In this document: one piece after another, positions 28,502-38,472 of the stretch | Numbering within the stretch: position 1 is the first letter of the stretch | Layout of the letters: every line of letters begins with the position of its first letter | IMG/VR virus record: IMGVR_UViG_2751185828_000002 | Direction: 5' to 3' (one strand) | DNA from: a virus | Lineage: Duplodnaviria > Caudoviricetes | DNA length: 64,000 bases | Notes under the pieces: model-generated | Databases searched by the model: none | Told to the model about the DNA's origin: nothing | Seen by the model: the letters and a program-made list of their open reading frames with translations, nothing else | Position numbers and translations under genes: made by a program

Positions 28502-29443
28502 ATGGCACGAGCCCAGGGGGCGCGGGCGCTGATGGCGCTTGCGTTCGAGACGACCTATGGAACGTCGCCCGCGAGCGGCTTCACTCGCATGCCCTTCGCC
28601 AGCTCATCGCTTGGGGCGGAGCAGCCACTGCTGAACTCCGAGCTTCTCGGCTACGGCCGCGATCCGCTGGCGCCGATCAAGGACGCGGTGACGGCGGACG
28701 GCGATGTCGTCGTGCCGCTTGATGCCGAGGCCTTTGGCTTTTGGCTGAAGGCGGCCTTCGGCGCGCCGATGACCACGGGCGCAGAGGCCCCGTTCACCCA
28801 CGAGTTCCAGTCGGGGTCCTGGACGCTGCCGAGCATGTCGATCGAGACTGGCATGCCCGAGGTGCCACGCTACGCGATGTATTCCGGCTGCGTGCTCGAC
28901 CAGATCACCTGGCAGATGCAGCGGTCTGGCCTACTGACTGCCACCGCGCGGCTGGTGGCGCAGGGTGAGACGGTGGGCACGACGACCAGCGCCGGAACGC
29001 CTGCTGCGCTGGAACTGAAGCGCTTCGGCCATTTCAACGGGTCGATCACGCGCAACGGGTCCGCCCTCGGCAACGTGGTCTCGGCCGAGATCACCTACGC
29101 CAACAACCTCGACCGGATCGAGACCATCCGCTCGGACGGGCGCATCGACGGGGCCGACCCGTCCATCGCGGCGCTCACCGGCCGGATCGAGGTGCGCTTC
29201 GCCGACCAGACGCTAGTGACGCAGGCGATCAACGGCGAGGCCTGCGAGATGGAGTTCGCCTACGTCCTGCCGTCCGGCGAAAGTTTCACCTTCACCGTGC
29301 ACGCCGTCTACCTGCCGCGCCCGCGGGTCGAGATTTCCGGGCCGCAGGGCGTGCAGGCGACCTTCGACTGGCAGGCCGCGCGCGACAGCGTCGTCGGCCG
29401 GATGTGCACCGCCACCCTCGTGAATGAAGTGGAGACGTATTGA
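28502..29443 (+). CDS. Tail tube protein
   Basis: MARAQGARALMALAFETTYG; 313 aa; position. Confidence 0.85.
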   Translation: MARAQGARALMALAFETTYGTSPASGFTRMPFASSSLGAEQPLLNSELLGYGRDPLAPIKDAVTADGDVVVPLDAEAFGFWLKAAFGAPMTTGAEAPFTHEFQSGSWTLPSMSIETGMPEVPRYAMYSGCVLDQITWQMQRSGLLTATARLVAQGETVGTTTSAGTPAALELKRFGHFNGSITRNGSALGNVVSAEITYANNLDRIETIRSDGRIDGADPSIAALTGRIEVRFADQTLVTQAINGEACEMEFAYVLPSGESFTFTVHAVYLPRPRVEISGPQGVQATFDWQAARDSVVGRMCTATLVNEVETY

Positions 29444-29898
29444 TGCTCACGCTCGACCTGACCAACGCGCCGCGCTGGCACGACGTCGCCCCCGGCGTCC
29501 GGGTGCAGCTGCGCCCGCTGACGACGGCGCTAATGGTGGCGACCCGGAGCGATCCCGCCGTCGAGGCAGTTCCGGAAGAAGCCTCGGACGAGGAACGCGC
29601 CGTCGCTTTCGCGAAGGCGCTCGCGCGGCGTGCCGTGCTCGCCTGGGACGGCATCGGGGACGCGGGTGGCAACGTGATCGACCCGAGCCCGGAGGCCATC
29701 GACGCGCTGCTCGATGTCTGGCCGATCTTCGAAGCCTTCCAGCTGACCTACGTCTCGAAGGGTCTGCTGCTGGAACAGGAAAAAAACGCCTCCGCGCTCT
29801 CGCCGAATGGTCCTTCGGCGGGGGCGAGCGCTACTGCGAAACCTGCGCACCCTACGAGGGCCGCGAGCAAGCCTGCCCGGACTGCCCGGCGCGGCTGA
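29443..29898 (+). CDS. Tail assembly chaperone (gpG-like)
   Basis: Between tube and tape measure; contains slippery A AAA AAC at 29781-29787. Confidence 0.8.
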   Translation: MLTLDLTNAPRWHDVAPGVRVQLRPLTTALMVATRSDPAVEAVPEEASDEERAVAFAKALARRAVLAWDGIGDAGGNVIDPSPEAIDALLDVWPIFEAFQLTYVSKGLLLEQEKNASALSPNGPSAGASATAKPAHPTRAASKPARTARRG

Positions 29899-30125
29899 AC
29901 CGTCCGGCAACGCCGGAGGGTTGGCAGGTCTGGGACCTTGTCGGCCGACTCGGCGGCCAACTGCGTGTCCTGCCCGGCGCGGTGATCGGCTGGGACATGT
30001 CGGCGGCGCTCGCGGTCGGTGACGCACTCGGCGTGCCGCCGCTCGCCATGGCCGAACTGCTGCCTGTCATCGAAGCGGTGATGGTCGCCAAGCTCAACGA
30101 GCAGATGGAGCACTCCCATGGCTGA
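29778..30125 (+). CDS. gpT-like extension reached by -1 programmed frameshift
   Basis: -1 frame open from GKKRLRALAEWSFGGGERYC to the tape-measure start. Confidence 0.7.
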   Translation, partial: GKKRLRALAEWSFGGGERYCETCAPYEGREQACPDCPARLNRPATPEGWQVWDLVGRLGGQLRVLPGAVIGWDMSAALAVGDALGVPPLAMAELLPVIEAVMVAKLNEQMEHSHG

Positions 30126-32536
30126 GAAGAGGGTCAGCGTCCGCCTCGCGGCCGTGGGCGGACGGCAGGTGCGCGCCGAGCTGGAAGGCGTGGGCGAGGC
30201 CGGGTCGCGCGGCTTCGGACGGCTGAGCCGGGAGATGGAGGCCGCGAACGCGAGGCTAGCGGCATTTTCCCGTCGCGTTGCCGTAGCCGCTGCCGCCGCA
30301 GTTGCAGCTGCCGCCGCGGCGGGCGTGGCGATGATCCGCTCCGGTCTGCAGACGGTCGATGCGCAGGCCAAGCTCGCCCAGTCCCTCGGCACCACCGTAG
30401 CCTCGATCCAGACGCTGGAGCGCGCGGGCGAGCTGGCTGGTGTGTCCATGTCCGGCATCGAGCAGGCGACGAAGGACCTGACGCGGCGACTCAGCCAGGC
30501 TGCCGCCGGGACCGGCCCCGCCGCGGACGCGCTGGACCGGCTCGGCCTCGCGGCCGCCGACCTGATCGCGCTGCCGCTCGACGCGCGCGTCGGCGCGATC
30601 AACGCCGCGATCGAAAGCTTCGTCCCCGTCGCGGAGCGCGCGGCCGTCGCCGGCCAGCTCTTCGGCGAGGAAGGCTCCATCGCCATGAGCCGGATCGACA
30701 CCGCGACGCTGCGTCAGGCAACGGAGGACGTCCTCGCCTTCGGCGTCGTTGTCTCGGAGCAGGACGCGGACCAGATCGAGCGGACGAACGACGCGATCTC
30801 CCGCCTCGGACTGATCTGGCGTGGGCTGTCGAACCAGCTCGCGGTCGCCGCTGCGCCTGCACTGGAAGCCGTCGCCGACGCCATGGCGGCGGTCGCCAGC
30901 CGCACCGGCCCGCTCGGCATCGCCATTCGCGGCCTCTTCGACAACATCGGCCGCCTCACAGCCTATGCCGCCACCTTCGCGGCCTTTCTCGCAGGCCGCT
31001 GGGTGGCGGGCATGGCCGCTGCGGCGCTCTCGGTCCGGGGCCTCGCCACGGCGCTGGTCGTCCTGCGCGGCGCGCTGATCCGCACCGGAATCGGGGCGCT
31101 CATCGTCGGCGCGGGCGAGCTCGTCTACCAGTTCACGCGTCTCGTCTCCGGTGCGGGTGGCTTTGGCGAGGCGATGTCGCTCCTGAAGGACCTCGCCGTC
31201 GAGGTCTGGGAGCGGATCCGCATGGGCGCGGCCGCCGCGGGTGCCGCCGCCACGGCGATGTTCTTCGACCTGAAAGCCGACGCCGCGTCGGGCATGCAGA
31301 GTGCCATCGAGAGCGTCGTCGGCTTCGGCAACACCGCCGCCAACACGTTCGAGGGCGCCTACGAGGCGATCAAGGCGATCTGGGGCCTGCTGCCCGCCGC
31401 CATCGGCGATTTGGCGTTCCAGGCGGCCAACAGCCTGGTCGACGGCGTCGAGGCGATGCTGAACGGCGTAGTCTCGCGCATCAACGGCTTCATCGGCGGG
31501 ATCAACCAAGGGCTGGAAGCGCTCGGGTCGGAGCGGCGCATCTCGCTGGTGCCCGACCTCGACCTCGGCCAGATCGAGAACCGCTTCGCGGGCGCGGCGA
31601 CCGCCGCTACCACCGCAGCACAGGCGGCCTTCGACCGGGGCCTTCGAGGACAACCCGCTCACCGCGCCCGATCTCGGTCTGACCGAGGCGGCGAACCGGG
31701 CGCTCGAATCCGCGAACCTCTATCGCGGGGCCGCGCGCGATCTGGCCGACGGCGCTCGCGCCCCGCTGGAAAGCTGGCAGGCGCTGCGCGATGCGGTGCG
31801 CGACACCGACGAGGCCAGTGCCGATGCGCTGACCGAGGCCACCGGCGCGGCCGAGCGGCTGGAGACGGCACTCGGCGATGTCGGACGCGCCGCGACCGGT
31901 GCTGGTGCGGCTGGCGGGGCTGCTGCCGCGGCGGCGGAGCCCGCGACCGAAGCCGCCGTCACCGGCTGGCAGGCAGTCACGGCGGCGCTGTCCGATTACG
32001 CCAGCAAGGCCCGCGACATCGGTGGCGACATCGGTCAGAGCCTCGTCGGAGCCTTCCAGTCGGCCGAGAACGCCGTGGGCAATTTTGTCCGGACCGGCAA
32101 GCTGAGCTTCCGCGACCTCGTCACCTCGCTGCTGGCCGATCTCGCCCAGCTCGCGGCGCGGCGGTTCATCCTCGGGCCGATCGCCAATGCGCTCTCCGGC
32201 GTGTTCTCCGGCGCGGGCGGCATTATCGCGAACGTCCTGCATGCGGGCGGGATGGTTGGATCGGGCGGACCCTCGCGGATGGTCCCGGCCATGGCCTTCG
32301 CAGCCGCGCCCCGCATGCATGGTGGCGGCATGGCCGGGCTTCGTCACGACGAGGTATCCGCGATCCTGCAGCGCGGCGAGCGGGTGTTGTCGCGCCGTGA
32401 GGCGCAGAGCTACGGCACGGGCGGCGGCGTCAACGTCACCATCATGGCGCGTGACGCCGAAAGCTTCCGGCGATCGCGAACGCAGGTCGCGGCCGACATC
32501 GCCCGCGCCGTGTCACTCGGGCGGAGGGGTATGTGA
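30118..32536 (+). pseudogene. Tape measure protein with +1 frameshift in the G-run 31637-31640
   Basis: Ala-rich helical ORF; removing one G gives AAFDRAFEDNPLTAP, in frame with ORF 31796..32536. Confidence 0.88.
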
Positions 32537-33162
32537 TGGCGTTCCACGAGGTCCGCTTCCCAGACAATATCAGCCGCGGCGCGCGGGGCGGGCCCGAGCG
32601 GCGCACGCAGATCGTCGAGCTCGCCTCTGGCGACGAGGAGCGCAACGCCAGCTGGGCCAATTCGCGCCGCCGCTACGATGTCGCCTACGGCATCCGCCGC
32701 GCCGACGATCTGGCGGCGGTGGTTGCCTTCTTCGAGGCGCGCAACGGTCGGCTGCATGGTTTCCGGTTCAAGGACTGGGGCGACCACAAGTCCTGCCTAC
32801 CGTCGGGCACGCCGTCGCCCACCGATCAGGCGATCGGCACCGGCGACGGCGCGACGACCGCCTTTCAACTGGTGAAGCGTTACGCCTCGGGCGCGCAATC
32901 CTGGACGCGCGCCATCGCCAAGCCGGTGACCGGCAGCGTGCGCATCGCGCTGGCGGGCGTCGAGCAGCCGTCCGGCTGGTCCGTCGACGCGACCACCGGC
33001 GCGGTCACCTTCGACACTGCGCCCGCGGAGGGCGTCGCCATTACCGCGGGCTACGCCTTCGACGTGCCGGTCCGCTTCGACACCGACATGCTCGACGTGA
33101 CGCTCGACCTCGAGCGGCTCGGCTCGATCACATCCATTCCTCTGCTGGAACTGCGCCGATGA
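32536..33162 (+). CDS. DUF2460 distal tail protein (GTA-like)
   Basis: MAFHEVRFP...FFEARNGRLHGFRFKDW...FDVPVRFDTD. Confidence 0.88.
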   Translation: MAFHEVRFPDNISRGARGGPERRTQIVELASGDEERNASWANSRRRYDVAYGIRRADDLAAVVAFFEARNGRLHGFRFKDWGDHKSCLPSGTPSPTDQAIGTGDGATTAFQLVKRYASGAQSWTRAIAKPVTGSVRIALAGVEQPSGWSVDATTGAVTFDTAPAEGVAITAGYAFDVPVRFDTDMLDVTLDLERLGSITSIPLLELRR

Positions 33163-34043
33163 AGACCCTCGACCCCGACCTGCAGGCTCATCTCGACGAG
33201 GGCACGACCACGCTCGCCTGGTGCTGGCGGATCGCGCGCGCCGACGGCATGAGTTTCGGCTTCACCGACCACGACCGGACGCTCACCTTCGACGGGACGG
33301 ACTTCGAACCCGAGAGCGGGCTCACCGCCTCCGAGGTGCGGTCGGGCTCGGACCTGTCCGTCGATGCTCAGGACGCTGAGGGTGTGCTGACCTCGGACCG
33401 GATCACCGAGACCGACATCCTGGACGGCCGCTGGGACAACGCCGAGGTCGAGGTCTGGCGGGTAAACTGGGCCGACTCCAGTCAGCGCGTCCTGATGCGC
33501 CGCGGGGCCATCGGCCAGATCCGGCGCGGGCGGCTGGCCTTCGTCGCCGAAGTCCGCTCGCTCGCCCATGTGCTGGGCCAGACGGTCGGGCGGACCTTCC
33601 AGGCGACCTGTGATGCCGCACTCGGCGACGCGCGCTGCGGTGTCGACCTCGAGGATCCCGCCTACAATGGCACGGGCGCGGTGATCGACCTTCTGCGCGA
33701 CCGTGCCTTCACGGCCTCGGGCCTCGGCGCCTTCGCCCCCGGCTGGTTCACCTTCGGCACGCTGGACTGGACGAGCGGCGCGAACACGGGACGGCACGCC
33801 GAGGTTTTGGGCCATGACGTCACGGATGGCGTGGCAATCCTGACCCTGCTCGAGGCGCCGGTGCGCGCGATCACCGAGGGCGACGCTTTCACCATCCGTG
33901 CGGGCTGCGACAAGCGGATGGAAACCTGCGGGGCGAAGTTCGCCAACACCGCCAACTTCCGGGGTTTCCCGCATATCCCCGGCCAGGACGCCGTGCTCCG
34001 CTATGCCACGAAGGATGGCGGGCACGAGGGTGGCGTGCTGTGA
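33159..34043 (+). CDS. DUF2163 baseplate hub protein (GTA-like)
   Basis: TTLAWCWRI, GFTDHD, GCDKRMETC...NFRGFPHIPG. Confidence 0.88.
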   Translation: MKTLDPDLQAHLDEGTTTLAWCWRIARADGMSFGFTDHDRTLTFDGTDFEPESGLTASEVRSGSDLSVDAQDAEGVLTSDRITETDILDGRWDNAEVEVWRVNWADSSQRVLMRRGAIGQIRRGRLAFVAEVRSLAHVLGQTVGRTFQATCDAALGDARCGVDLEDPAYNGTGAVIDLLRDRAFTASGLGAFAPGWFTFGTLDWTSGANTGRHAEVLGHDVTDGVAILTLLEAPVRAITEGDAFTIRAGCDKRMETCGAKFANTANFRGFPHIPGQDAVLRYATKDGGHEGGVL

Positions 34044-34489
34044 CGCAACCTCTCGCAGCGGCGGCCGACCCGGCGCGCGTCATCGCGATTGCGCGTTCCT
34101 GGCTCGGCACGCCGTATCATGATCAGGCAAGCCTAAAGGGCGTCGGCTGCGACTGCCTTGGGCTGGCCCGGGGCGTCTGGCGCGAGGTGGTGGGTCCGGA
34201 GCCGTTCCCAATCCCGACCTACAGCCGGGACTGGGGCGAGACCGGACCGCGCGAGGTGCTGGCCGAGGGCGCACGGCGCATGATGACCGAAGTGGAACCG
34301 GAGACGGCCGGACCCGGCGCGCTGGTCCTCTTTCGCATGAAGCCGCGCGCCATCGCCAAGCATGTCGGGATCCTGACCGCGCCCGACAGCTTCCTACACG
34401 CCTACGAGCGGCTCGGCGTGATCGAGGAGGCGCTCACCCAATCCTGGCGGCGGCGCATCGCCTTCGCCTTCCTGTTCCCGCAACGCTGA
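34040..34489 (+). CDS. NlpC/P60 tail peptidase
   Basis: WLGTPYHDQ, GCDCLGL, KHVGI, FLHAY. Confidence 0.9.
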   Translation: MTQPLAAAADPARVIAIARSWLGTPYHDQASLKGVGCDCLGLARGVWREVVGPEPFPIPTYSRDWGETGPREVLAEGARRMMTEVEPETAGPGALVLFRMKPRAIAKHVGILTAPDSFLHAYERLGVIEEALTQSWRRRIAFAFLFPQR

Positions 34490-34499
34490 GAGCCCCGAC

Positions 34500-37400
34500 A
34501 TGGCCACCCTCGTCCTCGGCGCCGCTGGCGCCGCCATTGGCGGCAGCATCGGCGGTGCGATCCTCGGCGTCAGCGCCGCGACCATCGGCGGCTTCATCGG
34601 CTCCAGCATCGGCTCGGTCGTCGACAGCTGGATCATCTCGTCGCTGGCGCCCACGCAGCGCATCGAGGGCGCGCGGCTCGACACGCTGCGCATCACCTCG
34701 GCCACAGAGGGCGCGGTCATGCCGCGGCTCTACGGCCGTATGCGGATGGGCGGCAACATCATCTGGGCGACGGATTTCCGCGAGGAGACGAAGACCACCA
34801 CCCAAGGCGGCGGCAAGGGCGGCGGCGGAGGAAAAGTCAAGACGACCGAGTATCTCTACTACGCCAGCTTCGCCGTGGCGCTTTGCGAGGGGCCAATCAC
34901 CGGCATCGGGCGCATCTGGGCCGACGGCAAGCCGATGGACCTCTCCGGCGTCACGTGGCGCTGGTATCCCGGCGACGAGGTGCAGAGCCCCGATCCGTTC
35001 ATCGCGGCGAAGATGGGCGCGGCGAACACGCCCGCCTATCGCGGCACGGCCTATGTCGTCTTCGAGGAGCTGGCGCTCTCCACCTACGGCAACCGCCTGC
35101 CGCAGCTCTCTTTCGAGGTGTTCCGGCCGCTCGCCGATCCCGACACCGCCGAGGGGCTGACCTGCGCCGTCACCATGATCCCGGCCTCCGGCGAGTTCAC
35201 CTATGCGACGCAGGCCATCCGCAAGACCGATGGCGGCGCGACGGTGCCCGAGAACCTGAACGCGCTGCCGGACGCCACCGACATGGAGGAGGCGCTGGAC
35301 CGGCTGCAGGCCATGGCCCCGGCGGTCGAGAGCGTCAGCCTCGTCGTAGCATGGTTCGGCAACGATCTGCGCGCGGGGTCGTGCAAGGTGCGGCCGGGCG
35401 TCGAGGTGTCGGCCAAGTCGACGACACCCACCAGCTGGTCGGTGAATGGCGTGAGCCGCGCCAATGCTTTCCTCGTCAGCCGCGACGAGCAAGACCGCCC
35501 AGTCTATGGCGGCACGCCGTCCGACTTTGCGGTGGTGCAGGCGATCCAGGAGATGAAGGCGCGCGGGCTGCGGGTCACCTTCTACCCGTTCATCCTGATG
35601 GACGTGCCGCCCGGCAACAGTCTGCCAAACCCGTATTCCGACAATGCCGCCGAGGTGGGCCAGCCTGCATTCCCCTGGCGGGGGCGGATCACCTGTTCGC
35701 CTGCAGCGGGATATGCCGGATCGGTCGACAAGACGGCGACGGCCGCAAGTCAGGTCGCGGCGCTGTTCGGCGCGGCCACACCCGCCAGCTTCAGCGTCTC
35801 GGGCGAGAGCGTCAGTTGGATCGGATCCCCCGGCGACTGGGGCCTGCGCCGTATGGTCCTGCACTACGCCCATCTCTGCGCGGCGGCGGGCGGGGTCGAC
35901 GCGTTCCTGATCGGCACTGAGATGCCGGGGCTGACGACGATCCGCGCGGGCGCTTCCACCTATCCGGCCGTGCAGGGGTATCGGGATCTGCTCGCCGATG
36001 TCCGCTCGATCCTCGGGTCCGGCACCAAGATCGGTTATGCCGCCGACTGGTCGGAGTACTTCGGGCACCAGCCGGGCGACGGCACCGGCGACGTGTTCTT
36101 CCACCTCGATCCGCTCTGGGCCGATACGGAGATCGATTTCGTCGGCATCGACAACTACATGCCGCTGTCGGACTGGCGCGACGGCTTCGAACATGCCGAC
36201 GCGGCCGAGGGCTGGCCGGCAATCTACGACCGGGCCTACCTGCAGGGGAACATCGCGGGTGGCGAAGGCTTCGACTGGTTCTATGCCAGCGCGGCGGATC
36301 GCTCCGCGCAGGTCCGCACTCCGATCACCGACGGTGCCGCCGGCAAGCCGTGGGTCTTCCGCTACAAGGACCTGCGCAGCTGGTGGTCGACCCCGCACTA
36401 CGACCGCCCGGGCGGGGTGGAGAGCGGCACGCCGACAGCGTGGACGCCAGAGTCCAAGCCGATCTGGTTCACCGAGCTGGGCTGCCCGGCCATCGACTGG
36501 GGCACGAACCAGCCCAACGTCTTCTTCGACCCGAAGTCGTCCGAGAGCTTCACGCCGTACTTCTCGCGGGGCTGGCGCGATGACGCCATCCAGCGCGCCT
36601 ATCTCGAGGCGACATATCTCTGGTGGGGCGAGGCTGCGAACAACCCGGTGTCTTCGGTCTACGGCGGCCGGATGGTGCATGTGCCCGAATGCGCCGCCTG
36701 GACCTGGGACGCGCGGCCGTACCCATTCTTTCCCGCGCTGACTGACGTCTGGACGGACGGCGCGAACTGGCGGCTCGGGCACTGGCTGACCGGGCGTCTC
36801 GGCGCGGTGTCGCTGGCCGCACTGGTGCGGCACCTCTGTCTCCGCGCCGGGCTGTCCGAGTCCCGGATCGACGTCTCCGGTCTCTGGGGCGCGGTCGAAG
36901 GCTACGCCATCACGGCGCTGGAGAGCCCGCGCGCCTCGATCACCATGCTGTCGCGGCACTTCGGCTTCGACGCCGTCGAGACCGAAGGGGTGATCCGGTT
37001 CGTGATGCGCGGCCGGGCGTCTGTCGCCACCCTAGCGCCCGACGATCTGGTCGCGGCCCGCGAGGGTGACATCCTCGAGCTCACGCGCGGCCAGGAGACG
37101 GAACTGCCGCAGGCCCTGAAATGGCAGTTCGCGCGTGCCGACGAGGATTACGACGCGGCCCTCGTCGAGGCGCGGCGCATCACCGTGGACACGACCCGGA
37201 TCGCCTCGGAATCCTTCCCGATGGCCGTGCCGCCCGAGGAGGCCGAGCGGCGCTGCCGCCGCGCGCTGATGGAGGCGTGGGTGGGCCGCGAGACGGCGGC
37301 GTTCCGATTGCCGCCCTCGCGCCTCGCGCTCGATCCGGCCGACGCGATCCGGCTCGCCCATGACGGGCGGTTGGTCGATCTGCGGCTCGTCTCCATCGCC

Positions 37401-38465
37401 GACGCCGAGGCGCGCGGCATCGAGGCGGTCCGCCAGGATCGCGCGACCTACGATCTGCCGCCCGGCGATCCGCGCGCGGCGTCGCTGACGCGCGCCGTGG
37501 TGTTCGGCGCGCCGGATGCGGTGCTGATGGACCTGCCGCAGCTGACCGAGGACCAGCCGGCGCATCGGCCCCTCATTGCGGCGCACGCGGTTCCCTGGCC
37601 GGGCGAGATGGCGGTGTTTCGCAGCCCTTCGACGGATGGCTTCGAGCTGCTTACCAGCTTCGGCACGCGGGCCCGGCTCGGCTCGCTGGTCTCGGATTTC
37701 TATGCAGGCCCCACATCGCGCTTCGACCTCGGCAATGCGCTTGTGGTCGATCTGCTGACCGGCACGCTGGAAAGCGTCACCGACCTGACGCTGTTCGGCA
37801 GCGCCAACGCGCTCGCGATCGAGAGTGCGCCCGGCGCCTGGGAGATCGTGCAGGCGGGCGTGGCCGAGCTGCTGGCGCCCGGCCGGTATCGGCTGACCCG
37901 CTTGCTGCGCGGCCAGCGCGGCACCGAGGGCACCATGGGCAATCCGGCGCCTGCTGGCGCGCGGGTCGTCATGCTGGACACCGCGCTGGCGTTCCTGCCG
38001 ATCGCCGAGGCCGATCTCGGTATCCCATGGAACTGGCGCATCGGCCCCGCGAGCCGTCCGGTCAGCGACGAGACCTATGTCGCGCAGGCCTTCACGCCCG
38101 AAGGCGTCGGGCTGCGGCCGTTCTCCGTCGCCCATGTCGAGCAACCGTGGCGCAAGCCGCGCTCGCCCGGCGATCTCACCATCCGCTGGACGCGCCGGTC
38201 CCGTGCGCTCGCGGCCGACAGCTGGGGCGGGCTTGAGGTGCCGCTGGCAGAGGAACTGGAAGCCTACGAGGTCGAGCTCCTCGACGGCGCTGCCGTGAAG
38301 CGGCTGCTGAGCACGACCACGACCAGCGCGCTCTACACCACCGCCCAGCAAACCGCCGACTGGGGCGGGCCGCTCGGGCTCGGCGACAGCCTCACCGTCC
38401 GCATCTACCAGCTCTCCGCCCTCGTCGGGCAGGGCTCACCGAAAACCGTCACGCTCACATTCTGA
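34500..38465 (+). CDS. Baseplate multidomain 'megatron' (GTA TIM-barrel-like) protein
   Basis: 1321 aa; IPASGEF, FLIGTEM, YAADWSEY, GIDNYMPL, WFTELGCP. Confidence 0.9.
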   Translation: MATLVLGAAGAAIGGSIGGAILGVSAATIGGFIGSSIGSVVDSWIISSLAPTQRIEGARLDTLRITSATEGAVMPRLYGRMRMGGNIIWATDFREETKTTTQGGGKGGGGGKVKTTEYLYYASFAVALCEGPITGIGRIWADGKPMDLSGVTWRWYPGDEVQSPDPFIAAKMGAANTPAYRGTAYVVFEELALSTYGNRLPQLSFEVFRPLADPDTAEGLTCAVTMIPASGEFTYATQAIRKTDGGATVPENLNALPDATDMEEALDRLQAMAPAVESVSLVVAWFGNDLRAGSCKVRPGVEVSAKSTTPTSWSVNGVSRANAFLVSRDEQDRPVYGGTPSDFAVVQAIQEMKARGLRVTFYPFILMDVPPGNSLPNPYSDNAAEVGQPAFPWRGRITCSPAAGYAGSVDKTATAASQVAALFGAATPASFSVSGESVSWIGSPGDWGLRRMVLHYAHLCAAAGGVDAFLIGTEMPGLTTIRAGASTYPAVQGYRDLLADVRSILGSGTKIGYAADWSEYFGHQPGDGTGDVFFHLDPLWADTEIDFVGIDNYMPLSDWRDGFEHADAAEGWPAIYDRAYLQGNIAGGEGFDWFYASAADRSAQVRTPITDGAAGKPWVFRYKDLRSWWSTPHYDRPGGVESGTPTAWTPESKPIWFTELGCPAIDWGTNQPNVFFDPKSSESFTPYFSRGWRDDAIQRAYLEATYLWWGEAANNPVSSVYGGRMVHVPECAAWTWDARPYPFFPALTDVWTDGANWRLGHWLTGRLGAVSLAALVRHLCLRAGLSESRIDVSGLWGAVEGYAITALESPRASITMLSRHFGFDAVETEGVIRFVMRGRASVATLAPDDLVAAREGDILELTRGQETELPQALKWQFARADEDYDAALVEARRITVDTTRIASESFPMAVPPEEAERRCRRALMEAWVGRETAAFRLPPSRLALDPADAIRLAHDGRLVDLRLVSIADAEARGIEAVRQDRATYDLPPGDPRAASLTRAVVFGAPDAVLMDLPQLTEDQPAHRPLIAAHAVPWPGEMAVFRSPSTDGFELLTSFGTRARLGSLVSDFYAGPTSRFDLGNALVVDLLTGTLESVTDLTLFGSANALAIESAPGAWEIVQAGVAELLAPGRYRLTRLLRGQRGTEGTMGNPAPAGARVVMLDTALAFLPIAEADLGIPWNWRIGPASRPVSDETYVAQAFTPEGVGLRPFSVAHVEQPWRKPRSPGDLTIRWTRRSRALAADSWGGLEVPLAEELEAYEVELLDGAAVKRLLSTTTTSALYTTAQQTADWGGPLGLGDSLTVRIYQLSALVGQGSPKTVTLTF

Positions 38466-38472
38466 GGACCCC

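Noticed and set aside
24953-36500. Possible CCGG to CCAG/CTGG decay signature (codons at 24953, 25322, 36498)
   Set aside because: Depends on my recollection of homologue residues and only three sites; needs an alignment to test
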